64,000 nucleotides of DNA from positions 12,028,001-12,092,000 of the forward strand of contig CP075494.1 in assembly GCA_021613535.1 (NCBI GenBank), given 5' to 3'. The notes beneath the pieces were generated by a model. That model did no database searches, had not been told where the DNA came from, and worked only from the letters and a program-made list of their open reading frames with translations. Of the stretch, positions 40,636 to 54,512 are shown piece after piece. Source of the DNA: Adineta vaga. Lineage: Eukaryota > Animalia > Rotifera. Position numbers and translations under genes: made by a program. The first letter of the stretch is position 1; each line of letters opens with the position of its first letter.

Positions 40636-41309
40636 GAGACAGTCCGCGATTCGTTCGAGCATTACCGTCACACAAAAATTTGTAACCCCGCTTTTCAGCA
40701 TTGCGAATGAAAGAGAATGTGAAAAAACCTCTGCATCCAAAGTTTCAGCATTTTTCAAGCAATTTATGGACGGGTTCGGCAACTACTTTCGTCAACAGGT
40801 TCAAATTATAGTTTTCGATATTTTAAATTTATTGTTATTCAGTATTTGTTTTTTTTCTCTTCTAAAAATCATTCAAACTGAATTGACAAGTATGCTAAAA
40901 GATACGGCAGATTGAGCTCTACAAAACTACATGTTTGCAATTCCTCGAAAAAAGTTTTTCGTCAACCTAAAAAGCCAAATTTGTCAAAAAACCGTAAAAC
41001 AATAGGTGAAATTTTGGGTGAATTTTTTAGTATTTTCAGTAAAAATCGGACAGAAAAAAGTTCAGGCCGACAGTAACTCTATATGGATTCGATAGAGCGG
41101 AAGAAACTGCACAAGATGCGATGAAAAATAAGCGCTAAAAGATGCGCATAGCACCCTAACTTACTGAAAAAGAACCAAACATATCATGTTTTTCATAGTA
41201 CTTTCTCATAGAATTGTTGAAAATTCTTCTCTTAAAGATCAAATAAATGCGGCTTTTTCACTGAGACCAAGGCACAGCTGCTAAAGTCTCGTTAGGACGC
41301 TGCGTCCGG
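40636..41309. mobile_element. Probable non-autonomous repeat/MITE fragment starting at the EVG1 stop codon
   Basis: Abrupt compositional change right after CTTAA (40631-40635); no credible coding content; A/T-tract-rich MITE-like texture; ends near palindrome GGACGC-T-GCGTCC (41295-41307) abutting the next repeat; no matching right terminus found. Confidence 0.5.
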
Positions 41310-41310
41310 T

Positions 41311-41503
41311 AGGTGTGGGTCTGGGTCTAGGTGGTTTTGGGTTCGAATCTGGGTGACCAACTCCTCCCCTCTGTAATAGAAGTTCGTCTGAGATAAGTAG
41401 CGAGTCTGACATATTTTAAGTTTCCTAGATTTTCAAAATATCTAGGACGGTTTTTGAAGGATTTTTATTAGTTTTTTACAATGATCCTTGAAAAAAAATT
41501 TTG
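41311..41503 (+). repeat. Left arm of a ~190-bp inverted repeat (partner 43946-44140)
   Basis: 41311-41490 matches the reverse complement of 43961-44140 without gaps, 15 mismatches in 180 nt by manual count (~92%). Confidence 0.95.
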
Positions 41504-41834
41504 GTGTGAAGTTGTCTTTCAATATATCTATACGTATCATTCAAACTCAGGTGACATAAAATGACAGTTATGTTGGATTAATATCCTTTTCCAGCTTATT
41601 CAAAAACGAATTGTTTCACCTTGTAATTTATGTCATTATCACACTTGACGAAACATGGTCATGTGAAAACATGAAACAATAATCAGTAGAAAAAAGAAAA
41701 TTTCAGACAGAAAAGACAATAATCTCATACGACGATATTCATACACATTCCAGGAGAGAGATGAACATACTTCTCTCTATTGCGTATATAAAGAGAGAAA
41801 CATTGAACAAAAGAAATCGTCACTACTGTTAAGT

Positions 41835-43484
41835 ATGAATATACTCGACTTACCTGATGAAATCTTACTTTATATACTATATAAACTGAATAGTATTGAT
41901 AAATTCTATTCACTGGTCGATGTAAATCAACGATTTGACAGATTAATATTTGATTCTGTTCCCATCGATGATCTCGATTTTGCATCTAATGATAAACATA
42001 ATCAATTTCTCGATCGATTTTGTACAGATATCTTACCTCGAATTCATCATCGAATAAGCAAACTTACTCTTAACAAATTTCTATGGAACGTCTTTTACAC
42101 ATGATTGATTATCCTCAACTTTATTCATTATCAATTGTTTTTTCTGAACCGAAAACACTTTTGAACTATTTAACAGGTATAAGATTTTAAAGTCTGCTTC
42201 ATTTGATAAAATACTTCCTTTTATTTTTTTAAGGTGATACAATACTTATTCGTCTTCTTGCAAAACAAATTACTCACTTCTATCTGACGACTGAGTTCAA
42301 TCCAATTGTATTATTTGAAAGTGATAAACTGCCTCTATTTGCATTGATATTATCATTAGGCAAATGTTTAACTGGTTTCACTTTTGTTCCGTGCATTCGA
42401 GATGCTTCAGAAGACTTAGTTTTTAATCGACCTTCCACGATTTGTGTATCATCAACTTTAACTAACTTGAACATTAATGTCAGTAGTCTTGACGATTGTC
42501 TTTATATTCTTGATGGTCGTTTTCACTGTTTATCATCATTAATTATTGATATAGAAATAATTAGACCTAATTTATCTATTATAGATACGACGGTAAAGAT
42601 ACTTTTGATTATATAAATTCAAAAATAATGATTTTCTTTTAAGAAAGAAATTCCCAAATTGAAATATTTATCGATAACTTCAATTTCCAGAATATCTTAT
42701 TATCATGAATTGGTTCCATTATTTCATCGAATACCAAATCTTGAACAATTAATATTATTTCTCTTTGTAAAAAGAATTAAATCAACTTATCGATGGAATC
42801 CATTTGAATGATGAAATACTCATTTATATGCCACGATTAAATAAATTTACTTTTAGTATAACTACTCTTGTTTGTAATAGAAATAGTAATATTATTCTTC
42901 CTTCAAACGATGATATTCAACGTAGTTTTATCGAAAGAAGAATATGTCAACAAATTGGTTTTTATGCTGATGATAATTCAATGGAAATTAGAGCTCGATG
43001 TCAGATTTATTCACTTCCATATGAATTTGATATGTGTCATAATGTGACGAATTCTTTTAACGGTGTTATATTTAATAATGTTCGATCGGTGATACTTGTT
43101 GATGATATAAAACCTTTTGAAAAGGAATTTTTCCAAGTTATTTCAAAATCTTTTCCTTCACTTCAAACATTAACAATAGAAAATGATGAATCACAAAAAT
43201 ATAAAAAAGATTCGTTTGGATTGATTACATTTCCACATCTTAATGTTCTGAATCTTACATTGGCACATGGTCATTATGTTGAACAATTTCTTTTCAAAAG
43301 AAAAACTCATTTGCCCTGTTTGTTACATCTAACAATGCAATGTGAATCATTAAGTATAATAACAAACAATTTCACCAATAATCCAACAGATTTCAATTTT
43401 GTACAGTTGAAAACTCTTGTTACTGATAAAGCTTTTGTTCATCCCGACAATTTTCGTTCATACTTTCCTCAATTGTTAACTTAG
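41835..43484 (+). pseudogene. F-box/LRR-type gene with two frameshifts
   Basis: F-box start MNILDLPDEILLYI...LVDVNQRFDRL; DRFCTDILPRIHH; IYSLPYEF; PFEKEFFQVISKSFPSL; HYVEQFL. Frame breaks at ~42071 (1 nt missing before ..QISMERLL) and ~42790 (2 nt missing in STYIDGIHL), each followed by a premature stop; introns at ~42177-42233 and ~42592-42643. Confidence 0.8.
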
Positions 43485-43709
43485 TTTTTTGTAAGAAAGC
43501 GAGAAAATAACGTGTATTGCACAATAAAGATAATTAATTTAGAAATGATTGCTTTTCTAGATGATAGTCAAATGACGGAGAATATCTCCAGATGGTTTGA
43601 GACTATCACTCCAGTTGGACTCATGTTTCAAAACTTGATGCCGATCGAGTATGATTCAAGGATTGAAACTTGCCATGTTGCTCGAATTTTCTAATTGGTT
43701 TAGATTATT

Positions 43710-44140
43710 GAGTGTGGGTGTGAGTAACTAGCGTGTCAGTGTGCGCGAAGAGAAGAATATTAGCCACATCCACATCCTAAACCCCCTCGTATTACGAGGC
43801 CCCGGAGGTTTCTATTATGGCGAACGTAAAAATGTTTCGAAGGGGGCTTCAACTATGTTCCATACTTTTTTTGCGAAAACTTCAGGTACCAAAGATTTTT
43901 ATAACTGTTTACAGGTTTTTTCAGATTTTACTACCTTTTTTACCTCAAAATTTTTTTTTTCAAGGATCATTGTAAAAAACTAATAAAAATCCTTCAAAAA
44001 CCGTCCCAGATATTTTGAAAATCTAGGGAACTTAAAATATGTCAGACTCGTTACTTATCTCAGACGAACTTCTATTACAAAGGGAAGGAGTTAGTCACCT
44101 AAATCCAAACCCCAAACCACCCACACCCATACCCACACCC
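43710..44140 (-). mobile_element. ~430-bp MITE-like element containing the right arm of the inverted repeat
   Basis: Ends GAGTGTGGGTGTGAGT (43710) and ACCCATACCCACACCC (44140) are imperfect inverted copies; internal hairpins at 43712-43775 and CCTCGTA-T-TACGAGG (43785-43799); followed by TA. Confidence 0.6.
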
Positions 44141-44715
44141 TATTAATATATACATATAATGTATTTTAAACTATTTGTTTCAATCTATATCTATATGATT
44201 TGATGAATAAACAATATGCTAGGAAAAAAACATTCATATCCACATCCTTTGTAATGCATTCATATTTACTCTTTTCTATTTGTATAAATTATCGAAGAAA
44301 AAAAGAATTGAAAAACATGATGAAGGTTTCGAATGAACTACACGAACAGAGAAAATCCTTCTTTATTACGGTTGAAAAAAACGAGGATGAATAATGGGTA
44401 TTATTCTCACATGCACGCTATTTCAACATACAAACGTTCCTGTCCAATGATATGCTAAGTTGCTTATTGCACAGGTCTGTGGGCGAGTACCGATTATGTT
44501 CATCATCATTCGGATAATCGACAAGATATCGTAAATGAATTGCACTAACGCCATCTATGTAACAAAACTCTAATTGGTAAATTTTCAAAAACGAATTAAC
44601 TGATCTAACTTATATATATATATATATGTGTATTCGGGAAAAGATTTTCGTTTGTTCTATTCCATTCTTTCAGTAAGATATCAAATTAAGTTGAATAAAA
44701 ACTTTTCTTTTTCAG

Positions 44716-47700
44716 ATGTCAGACCCAATTGATGATTTAAAAACATTCTTTTCAACTACAAAAGCATTAAAAGCAAAGGGAAAAGTAATACAATCTTTCA
44801 TTCAATTTCAATATAAATCTTCATACTTATTATTAGGATTTCTTTCAACTTCATAAACAAATCACCGATTATAAAAAAACTAACAAACAACGATCGGATA
44901 AACTCAATGAACCTATTCTTAAATTCATTCAATTTTCCTTCGAATTAGCTAGGTAAGAATCGTTTTCATTTCTTTTCAATTCTAAAAAAACGTAGTCTTT
45001 AAATTTAGTAATCCAGAATATGGTTCCATTTGGCAAACATTAGTCGATGTTACATCTGACATCGCCAATTCATATGGCTCATTACATTCAGGAAATGATA
45101 CGCATACTTTCGATGTTTTCTTCAAACCATTACTTCAGGTAAGTGATTGACTAGTGAATTTCTTCCAACATCACTGTTTTGCTTCTTAGGAAATTGATAC
45201 TGATGAACATTCAGATTTATATAAATTTATCGAACGTCTTCTTGCTAAAATGAATCTTGGTTTTAAAATTGCCACTGGTGAAGTAAGTTTCTTTTATCAA
45301 AACGTTCGTTCGTCTCAAAAATTATTTTAGTATTTTCGAAAACTCTTTCTCGATGCCTTTGCTTCCAATGTAAGACGTAAATTAAAAGAAAGTTATGATT
45401 TATTTCGTATTATTCATGTACATATTCCTGAAATAATTCCACCAATTCTGACAATGCATCAAACATTTTTAAAAGTAAATTTTTAGAAGTAGATATCATC
45501 GGATATGACATGAATTCCTCGATTGTTTATAGAATCCAAATCCAGATCAACGTGAAATTGGTATTCGATTTTTAGTTGATGTTCTCACAGGAACATATAC
45601 AATTAAAGAAGAATTACATATGGATGTTCTTGATGATTTTCGAAAGAGGTAAAATCTCTCAAGATATTTCTTTTGAATGATTAAATCTTTCATTAAAATC
45701 TTTAGTTTTCATGAAAAAGATAGTGAATCTCAACGAATTATTATTGAAAATCTTTCGAAATATCTTCTACGAAAGATTGACATCACCAATATTCTTATTG
45801 GTAAATCATTTATGATAAAATATCTTGTCTATTAATCAATTTCATGATTCTTTAGATGATTTGAAAAAATGTTTTGATTCTCAGTTGATTTCTTCTCAAC
45901 TTTTATGCGTTCTTGTCGATCAAATAAGTTTAGCTATTAAAGAATGTTATCATGCTGCACCTGATTCACTTTTGAATCTACTTATTACTGGATCAAATCA
46001 TTCGATTGTAAGAAGCAATTCGGAATTCTGTTTAAATGAGAGAATTTTCTGTTTAGTCGAATGTTGCCATTACATGTGTGGATACAATTGCGTATCTTTA
46101 TCGTCTTTATTATGTCAAAGATCCTTATCCGTCACCAACTCGTTCACGTCTTGATATTGTTCCAAGAATTGTTCTTCATACAGCTATTAAACATCCAGAT
46201 CTGATCGTTCGGTAAGACGAAATAGGAAGACTAGATTTTGAGGTTTTTTTGCTATTTCGTTCTATTGTAGGATTGAATGTCAAACACGATTTTTTGAAAA
46301 TATTATTTTCGAACATTATCGTATTGACGAACGAACTCGTCAATTTTTCATTTTTGCACAATCAGATTTAGGTGATGAAGGTGTTAAGTAAGTTTTTATT
46401 GGATACTTCTTTGATTCATTTTTGTATATCTATATAGAAACTATGGTCAATTACTTCATATTCAATCTGAGTACGATTTTATTACAAATAAAGAATTCTT
46501 AGAATTGAAATAATGTTCATTGATTTAGATTGAGATCATTATTACATAAAGCACTTGTAAAATTTTGTACAACAAGTGAGAAAAGTTTGAGTAGAATGAG
46601 TACAAGTGATCAAGAAGAAGATGTAACACCAGATTTGGAAGAACTAGATAGTGAAAATGAAGATGATAAAACAAAACTTTCTCATATTTTACAAAAATTA
46701 AGTGAATGTAAGAACAAATTCAGTTACAGAATTGAACATTGTTTTTTCTCTTTCTTTCTTTCTCATTAAGTATGTTTTACACCGAAAGAACATGGTGTAA
46801 AAAAATTACGAGAATGGATTATGAAATCTGAACCAAGAACCAGAGAACAATTACAATCAATTTCATCCTTAACAATAGATCAATCAACATTAGTTGATAC
46901 AACATTCTCGAAAACAACAAATGTAAATATTCAACAAGAAGGAAACTCTTATTTTATTTTTCAAAAATCTTATTCTAGACTACAAGTATGGATGATTCAA
47001 CAGCTACAATCAATGAAGCTATTCAACTTGTTGAAGATCGTTTAGCTAGTCGTGTTTCGATTGTTTTTTCTCATGATTTTCTCGAAGAATTTCCTTCATC
47101 AGCACAAGCTTATTTCAATGAAGGTATGCACACATGTATATTACATCGGATTGAACTTTGAGTTTTTTAGAAGCACAATTAGATGAACAAACAGATGATG
47201 ATGATAATGATGATGAAAATGACGATATGGATTCATCATCAGTATCTTCTTCTACAAAATCAACAAATCCTCGACAACAAAATGATCAACGACAACATCG
47301 ATGTATTAAACAAATGGGAAAGTTAACTAAAGTAAATTAAAATCATTTCATAGTTTTGTTAGTTTAACATTCAAATTGTAAAGGTACTTCGGCCTCATTT
47401 GGAACCTTATATGGATGTTGAAATTTTGGAAAAATTCATAGCAATTGTTGATGAAAATCGACCTGTACTCAGTGTGTTAATTCAATCGAATTAAATTGAT
47501 GAATCTCAATCTCATTTTTAGGTACATTTGTTTTTGGTATCTTAGCTGAATTTGGTGCATTACTTGGTCCAGGTTCAATAAAAACCGCCCTTATTGAGTA
47601 TAGAATGAAAGTTATTCGATTTGATTGAAATAATTCTTTTATCATTGTATAGTCGTTTGATTGATGTTTTGGTTGATGCAATTAATAAAGGTGAAACAAC

Positions 47701-49875
47701 AACGATGGGTAAATGGACTATGCGTGCACTTGTACCAATTGTTGGATCCAATGAACAACAATTGGAACAAATCATTACGCACAGTCTCTTCGGCAAAGTA
47801 AGACAGATTGAATTTGAGATTTTCACTAGTTTTTCAACTGAATTAATGATTCTATTTCTAGACAAAAACATCATGGTGGACAACAGATGGTTCTGCCTCA
47901 TCACATCGTTGGTTATTATTAAGTCATATTGTAAAATATGCTCCATCAACAAGAACAATGTTCAGTATACTTCAACAAATCATTAAAGTTATCTTACGTC
48001 ATTTTCCGAATGTAAACACATTGTTATCCTAATAAGTAGATTATAACTTCTTAACATTTTAGATCAAAAATCCAAATGAACCAATGACATCTTTTGATGA
48101 AACTTCGGATGATATTCAAATGAGAGTAAGAAATTCTTCGTACAAAACTGATCATCTTTATTTTCTTTCTAGGCTAATCAATTAAAATTTCTCTCCCGAT
48201 CAGCTAATTGTATTCGTGTTCAACGTCATGGAAAAACTCTTCTAAATGACGATGACGACAATGATGATGAGGATGCTGATGATGAAGATCGTACTGATAC
48301 GATTAATTTATTATTGAAATTTTTATTGGATTTAATCAAAGATGTTTTTATCTTTCCTAAGAACGAGTTTGTTAACTAAATATTTCATTTGAAAAATAAC
48401 TATTTTGTTTGTTTATGAAAGACTTGGTCGACATTTCTTACAATTACAAGCATCCATTGAAATTCTTCGAATGCTAGAAATTCCTGAAATTTTTCATAGT
48501 TTTGCTCCAACGGATTATGTGGAATTATTTGCTGCGGCAACGGTATGAAACTATTCTTGAATAATCAATGAATCGTTCAAGTTTCGAATGTTTTTCTTTT
48601 AGCATCAAAATGCTCGTGTTCGTCATCGATTTCTTCAACGTATTTTAAATAAAGTCGCACAATGGAAATTATCAGTTCTATTTCTTGGTTTTACTATTTC
48701 TGTACCTAATGATGATGAAGATTTTACTACGAGTAAAAATCTTAAATCAGTAATGGAACGATTGTATCAATTAGCTTCGAAAGGATCTGGTATTCTTTAG
48801 ATTTTATTTAATTCAAACATCCTATATATGTTGAATCTCTTTTTTTTAGTTGAAACAATGCAACGATTATTACCAGAAAAAAGTGTTTCATTAATGGTGT
48901 ATTTACATGCAAATAATCGAAGTTTAATTGTTGAAATTGATCATGAAGTTCTTGAATCAATAACGAATTCAGTAAAATGGAGTTTACGTTTGATTTTACA
49001 AGCTCGTGAAAAAACGAATAAACGATTTCATGGTGCAATACCAAAATTACTTCATTCAATCAAACATAGTCGTTCAAAAGCTGATCCACTTGATGATGAA
49101 CTTCATCATGTAAGACTAAAACATTCTTTTACTACGAGTGATCATGTATTATATTCTATTGCAGCGTATTTATATGATTGTTGATATATTTCAATCAGTA
49201 TTTGCTGATTTATCACCACTTGAAGCATATGATTTTGCTGATTCACGAAATAATCTTTCTGGTGAACCATTACTTTTCACTCAACCAAATTTTGTACGTA
49301 AAAAAAATTTGAATTATTTTTCTTGAGTTCTATATGAATGTTTGTCTTTTAGACAAATTTAAATACAAAAACTTATTTACCTAATTTTTATAAAGAAAAA
49401 AAAGTAACTAAACGTTCGAAAAAAGATCAATCAATAATATCTGATGATTATGGTGATAATGATCGTAATAATACAGATCATGAAACTGAATTTAGTGAAA
49501 TGGCGATTACACCAACGACAACAATTACAGCTGATGATGAAGATGATGATCATGAGAAAAAGAAGAAGCCAAGAAAAAATTCACCGAATAAAAAACGACA
49601 ACGTTATCGTGCAAGAGAACCACCATCAAGTTCCAGTGAAACAATCGATGACGATGATGAACACGAAGAACAACAAAGACAACAGGAAGAAAAGGAAAAT
49701 GAAAAGAAAAGGTTTGCAAAAATTCTTTCGTACAATAGTTCTACTATTTCATTGTTGAATTTTAGTCGAAAACGAAAAAATTCAGCAACAAGTCGGTAAG
49801 TATTCCAATTCATTATTTCAAATTATATTTGATTCATATAATCTATTTAGTTCAACAAAGCGAATTTCAAAATGA
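44716..49875 (+). CDS. PDS5: Highly divergent PDS5-like cohesin regulator (HEAT repeats plus acidic/basic tail), many exons
   Basis: Colinear PDS5-like blocks: YDLFRIIHVHIPEII...LKNPNPDQRE; ERTRQFF...LGDEGVKNYGQLLHIQ..LR; HFLQLQASIEILRML; HQNARVRHRFLQRI; RLLPEKSVSLMVYLHAN; KHSRSKADP.DDELHHRIY; TKTYLP. Confidence 0.78.
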
Positions 49876-52800
49876 TCTTTACTAAATTGTATATAAAATT
49901 ATGAAAACCTAGTCAAGATATTTTGGTGCTCATATTCCATACATTTCTTCTTATTCTTTTTTTGTTTCTCTATCCGATCAATTGTTATTTGTTTGTTTAT
50001 CTCTTATTATTATATATTTTTTTTCTTATTGAACATCAACAAAGTCAAATAAATTTAAGAAAAAATCAATATAATTAATATTATGAAATAGAATTGTTGA
50101 TGATTGTATTCTTGAGAATAAGAGAAAAAAAACATTGTAAGAACGATCAATTTGATTTAGAAATTGAGAAAAGCATATCAGCGTCTAGTGCTCATCGAGT
50201 AATAGTACATTTTGGATGATCGTTACCCGTAGGGTGCGCTCGATTGCAAATGGATCATTATCGGCATTCATCTTTCTTCTCTTTTTCTGATGCTTTAGTG
50301 GAAATGTTTGTCTATGTAGAATTTCATGCGAGATATATATATATACATATACATTCACGTGATTTTCATTTCTCTTTTTGCGTTCTTCTCTTGATTTTAT
50401 TTTAAAAAGAAAGAATAGATTTGGAATGTGAATGGAAATTTCTTTTGTAAATTTGTATTTACGCATTTGGGTTAAACATTATGTTGTAATCAAGATAAGA
50501 AGGTCCTTTCTTTATAGACTATTCGACTATTTGTGTTATTGTCATTGTTATGTACGTGATCTATCTTTTTTTTCTTCTTCTTGCTTGCCCATTGCATGTC
50601 ATCATCATCATCACATGCCACATACATACATACATATAATACATACGAACAGACTGACTCATTATTTGAATGAATGTTAATCATTTTCATCTTGATCATC
50701 GCCGCAGGCGGTAGTCAGTCAGTTGATAGGAGTGAAACATATTATACACATTCATTTATCTACATTGCTTTCTTCTATTTCTTCTTGTTAGTGGTCGTCG
50801 TCGTCGATCGTTCGTACTTCTTTTTTCTTTCTCTGTTCAGATGTATGTACGCTTAATCGTCATCAACATCGTTTCTTCACCTGTTCATCCATATTGACGT
50901 AAGCAAAAAAGCGAAGAGATTTTATTGGCTATCATTGGTCTTAACTATCTTTCTTTGCCTCTCTGTCTCTGTCTCTTATGTACAACATGTAAATTGATAA
51001 GATCAATCATGATGATAAATAACTCGTTTCGTCGTTATGATTTCTAATTAGTAATTAAACACAATTACAAAGGTGTGTCTAATTAAATGACTTGAGAATA
51101 GATCAAAATACTGTTGATTAGTAACAGTGAGTCGAATTCGATTTGTATCATTTAGTCAACAGAAAGATAATGAACGAATATTCTATTAGATGACAAGAGA
51201 CAATAATTCACTTGAGTATTCAAAAAAAAAGGAACTAGGGAGGGAGAAAGACAAAGAGAGAGAGAGAGGAACAGTAACAATTAACTTTGCATTTCCAGTG
51301 TGAACTCTCGTTCGTTCTCTTTTCTTTTTTTTCTTCTTTTACTCGTCATGAACAGTATGCGTGTGTGTATGTTGAAGTACTCGTCTTGATCAGATTCAAT
51401 TGTATGACGACGACAACGACTAGTTTACTTTGTCTTCTCTTTTTCTTCGTTTTCTCCTTGTATGCAAAGATCATACATACTTGTAAATGGACACATACTG
51501 TAAGATGAAAGATTAGCATTGCCTAACAACTTGTTTCCGTCGATTATTTTTTTTTCTTTTTTTTATTTGATTTTCAATAGAAAATTTAGTTATTAGAAAG
51601 AAGAAAGAAAATATGTTAAGTTTGATTAATTGTCATGAAAAACACATCTTTTCCCATCACATATGCTACATGCATAACTCATATTTCATTAAATCTTCAT
51701 TTATCCACATAAATAGAGTTCTTTTTTTCTATTGCATGTCATGAAAATGATGACAAACAAATGCGCGTATTGCTTCCTGCGTGTCTTCAGTTCGGTTTTT
51801 TCTCTCTCTCCTCGTCTTCTTCTTCTTCTTTTCACGTCAAATGATAGAGATGACCGAGAAAAAAACGATAACGATGACAAGACATTATGTGCAGCGTAAC
51901 TAACAATTAATTGTTGCTGTTGAAATTTACTTGACTACTTTCTATCACCTGTTTATCTTTCCTTGTGTCAATATTTTCTTCTCTTTTTCTTTATCGATGA
52001 AAAGGCACTACTACATACTCTTGTACAAACATACATATAAAATAACGATTGTGCAATACATACACATACAATCTTCTTTAATACCCCACCATCACTATTA
52101 TTCGATACGTTAGCATGTATGTATAGCTTTCTTCCCAAGGCTATAGCAAATGATAACTAATTTCTTTGATATTCGAATCATGTCTCTTGAGAATTACTTG
52201 CGCTTGTCTATCAATCGTCTTAAAGGGCATGCACGTAATGATTACTTGATGAAAACGAACTGCTCGTAATTTTTCTTTTCTTTTCTTTTCTGCTCTCTTC
52301 TTTTCAATCAGACATTACCTATTGTTTAATTGTATATGTAGTTTGTCGTCTATGAGAACGAGTAAAAAAATTTGCTGTTGAATTAAATAAAACCTCTTGT
52401 CTTTATTTCAACACGTATGTGTCTATCTCGTTTATTATCAATATACATACATATATATATATATATATATAGATATATGCGTGACAAGAAGTGTCAATTA
52501 CCTTTTGACTGTGAAATGATATCACTCTCTTCAATAGAGACAGTAATAGTAATAGTATCATCATTACTATCTGTTTGTTGACATCACACCGTTTGTTTTC
52601 TTCTCTTCATTCGTTTAGTTTTGATCTCAATCCTTGTCTTTATCCGCCGTCGCCTCTCGCAATATATTTGTTCGTATAGATGTATATTATATATGCTCGC
52701 GCTCGTTTCTTCCTTTTTTTTTAATGATTCTGTTCTGCCTAATAGCAATAGAGTGAAGAACGATGGTAGTACATACAAACACATCGTCGTTTTTTCCTCT

Positions 52801-54512
52801 CTTTTGCTCTTTCTCTCTTTTCTTAATATGATGTATTTCTTGTCTTTGATTTTTGATCTTGAAGACGAAATCTATTCGTTATTTGAACAATGAAATAAAA
52901 CTATAAACGTATAATTGATGACGGACAATCATCATTTTCTATGCGCGTGTCGTTTATTTCTATCTCTTGGTTTCTTTCTTTTTTCGTACTTCTTTGTTCG
53001 AACAATAATAGAAAGTTATTTGAAATTGAACGAGTAAGTGCGTATATTTATATATATATATATATGCGTGACGTTGAAGAATAAAGATATATATATTTAT
53101 ATATGTATGTTCTTTTAAGCGGAAGAATAGTGTTAGTCGTTGTTAGAAAGAATAACTAGATGAAAACAGTTTGTTTACTGCGGAAGGCTGTTGTAATTAG
53201 CGCTTACGCGCGAGTGTCATTGACATGAAAAGATCAACAATATCGGTATGTCTGATGTTTGTTGCTCAGTTCGACAAAGAAAACTCCCTACGGCCTAGTG
53301 ACTTCTTTCTTATACATAACCGGTATTGCTTCCATCATCTCTTTTTTCCTTTCCATCAATATGTATACAGTCAATATTTAATCAACCAATTTATCGTGCC
53401 TATAAAAAGAAAACTTACAAGACGAATAGAATAAAATGTCACAAGAGACACCACTATGAGTACTCGAACTAATCTGTTCAATATGTATGTGATATAATCG
53501 ACAAGAATAGGTGCGTATAGTGTTATCGTTACATATACTGACAATTTCATCGTTCAAATGACAACATTGATCATATACTTCACCTTGATTTGTATGTACA
53601 GGGTTGTTCTCTTCGTTCGGTGACATATAGATATTCGTGTATATATATATATATATATAGTTTTTTTTTACTTCATATACATTTCGTAAGTAAAAAACTT
53701 CCGAATGAGAAGAGTAATACATATTCTATTCAATAGGTAATAGGAAAGGATAAGATTGCAATTCAATATTTGTTCGATGTCTACTTATGTGTATATATCG
53801 AAGTTGCGCGACACTATGCCTTTTAACAATAGAGCTTACGAAGAAAAGAATAAGAGAGTTTTCATTCTTATTTGCTCATTCTTTCAATCCTAAGTGAATT
53901 CTCAGTCTTTATGTTCTACTGTACATTCGTTGTACTTGATGTCGATTGTTATTCTAATCATTCACATCGTTTGATGAATTTTTTTTCTTCGTTTTTTTTA
54001 TTATTTATTATATGTGCAAGAATTGATTGCAGTAAATGAATGAACGAACAGGAGAAGAAGAAGAAGAAGAAGAAGAAGAAGAAGGAGGAGGTGAGTTCAT
54101 CGTATATGTATATATACTATCACATGATAGACGACATAAAGGTCTAGCGAATCTGTAATTGTACACACTCAAGTGTTCGACAAGCGTTAAATACGTATGG
54201 AAGAAAGAAAGAGAGCGCAAAGGGCGAGTAGATCTATAAATTATGTTTGTGTTGAAGGAAAAAAAGAGCAGAAAAAGTGTGTGCGTAAAGTGGCTATTCT
54301 TTTGCATTAGTGGCGGCGAAAGAGACGCGAAGAGAGAGACACACACACACACACAGAAGAGAGAAGGGAAAAGAGAAAGCAAAGGCAATCATTTGTACTG
54401 TATATGTATAACGGAGTCAGCATGAAAAGTCCAGCTGTTACTGTTCTATTTTGAAAATCATTTTTTTCATATTATTATTTTAGATGATTATTATTTTTTA
54501 TCTAAGATAATA

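Noticed and set aside
40622-40915. 97-aa ORF as a transposase fragment
   Set aside because: No DDE, HTH, RT or HUH motifs; likely a chance ORF within a repeat
50185-54425. Many short Phe/Leu/Ile-rich ORFs on both strands
   Set aside because: Translations of microsatellite and poly-T non-coding DNA with no domain or exon coherence
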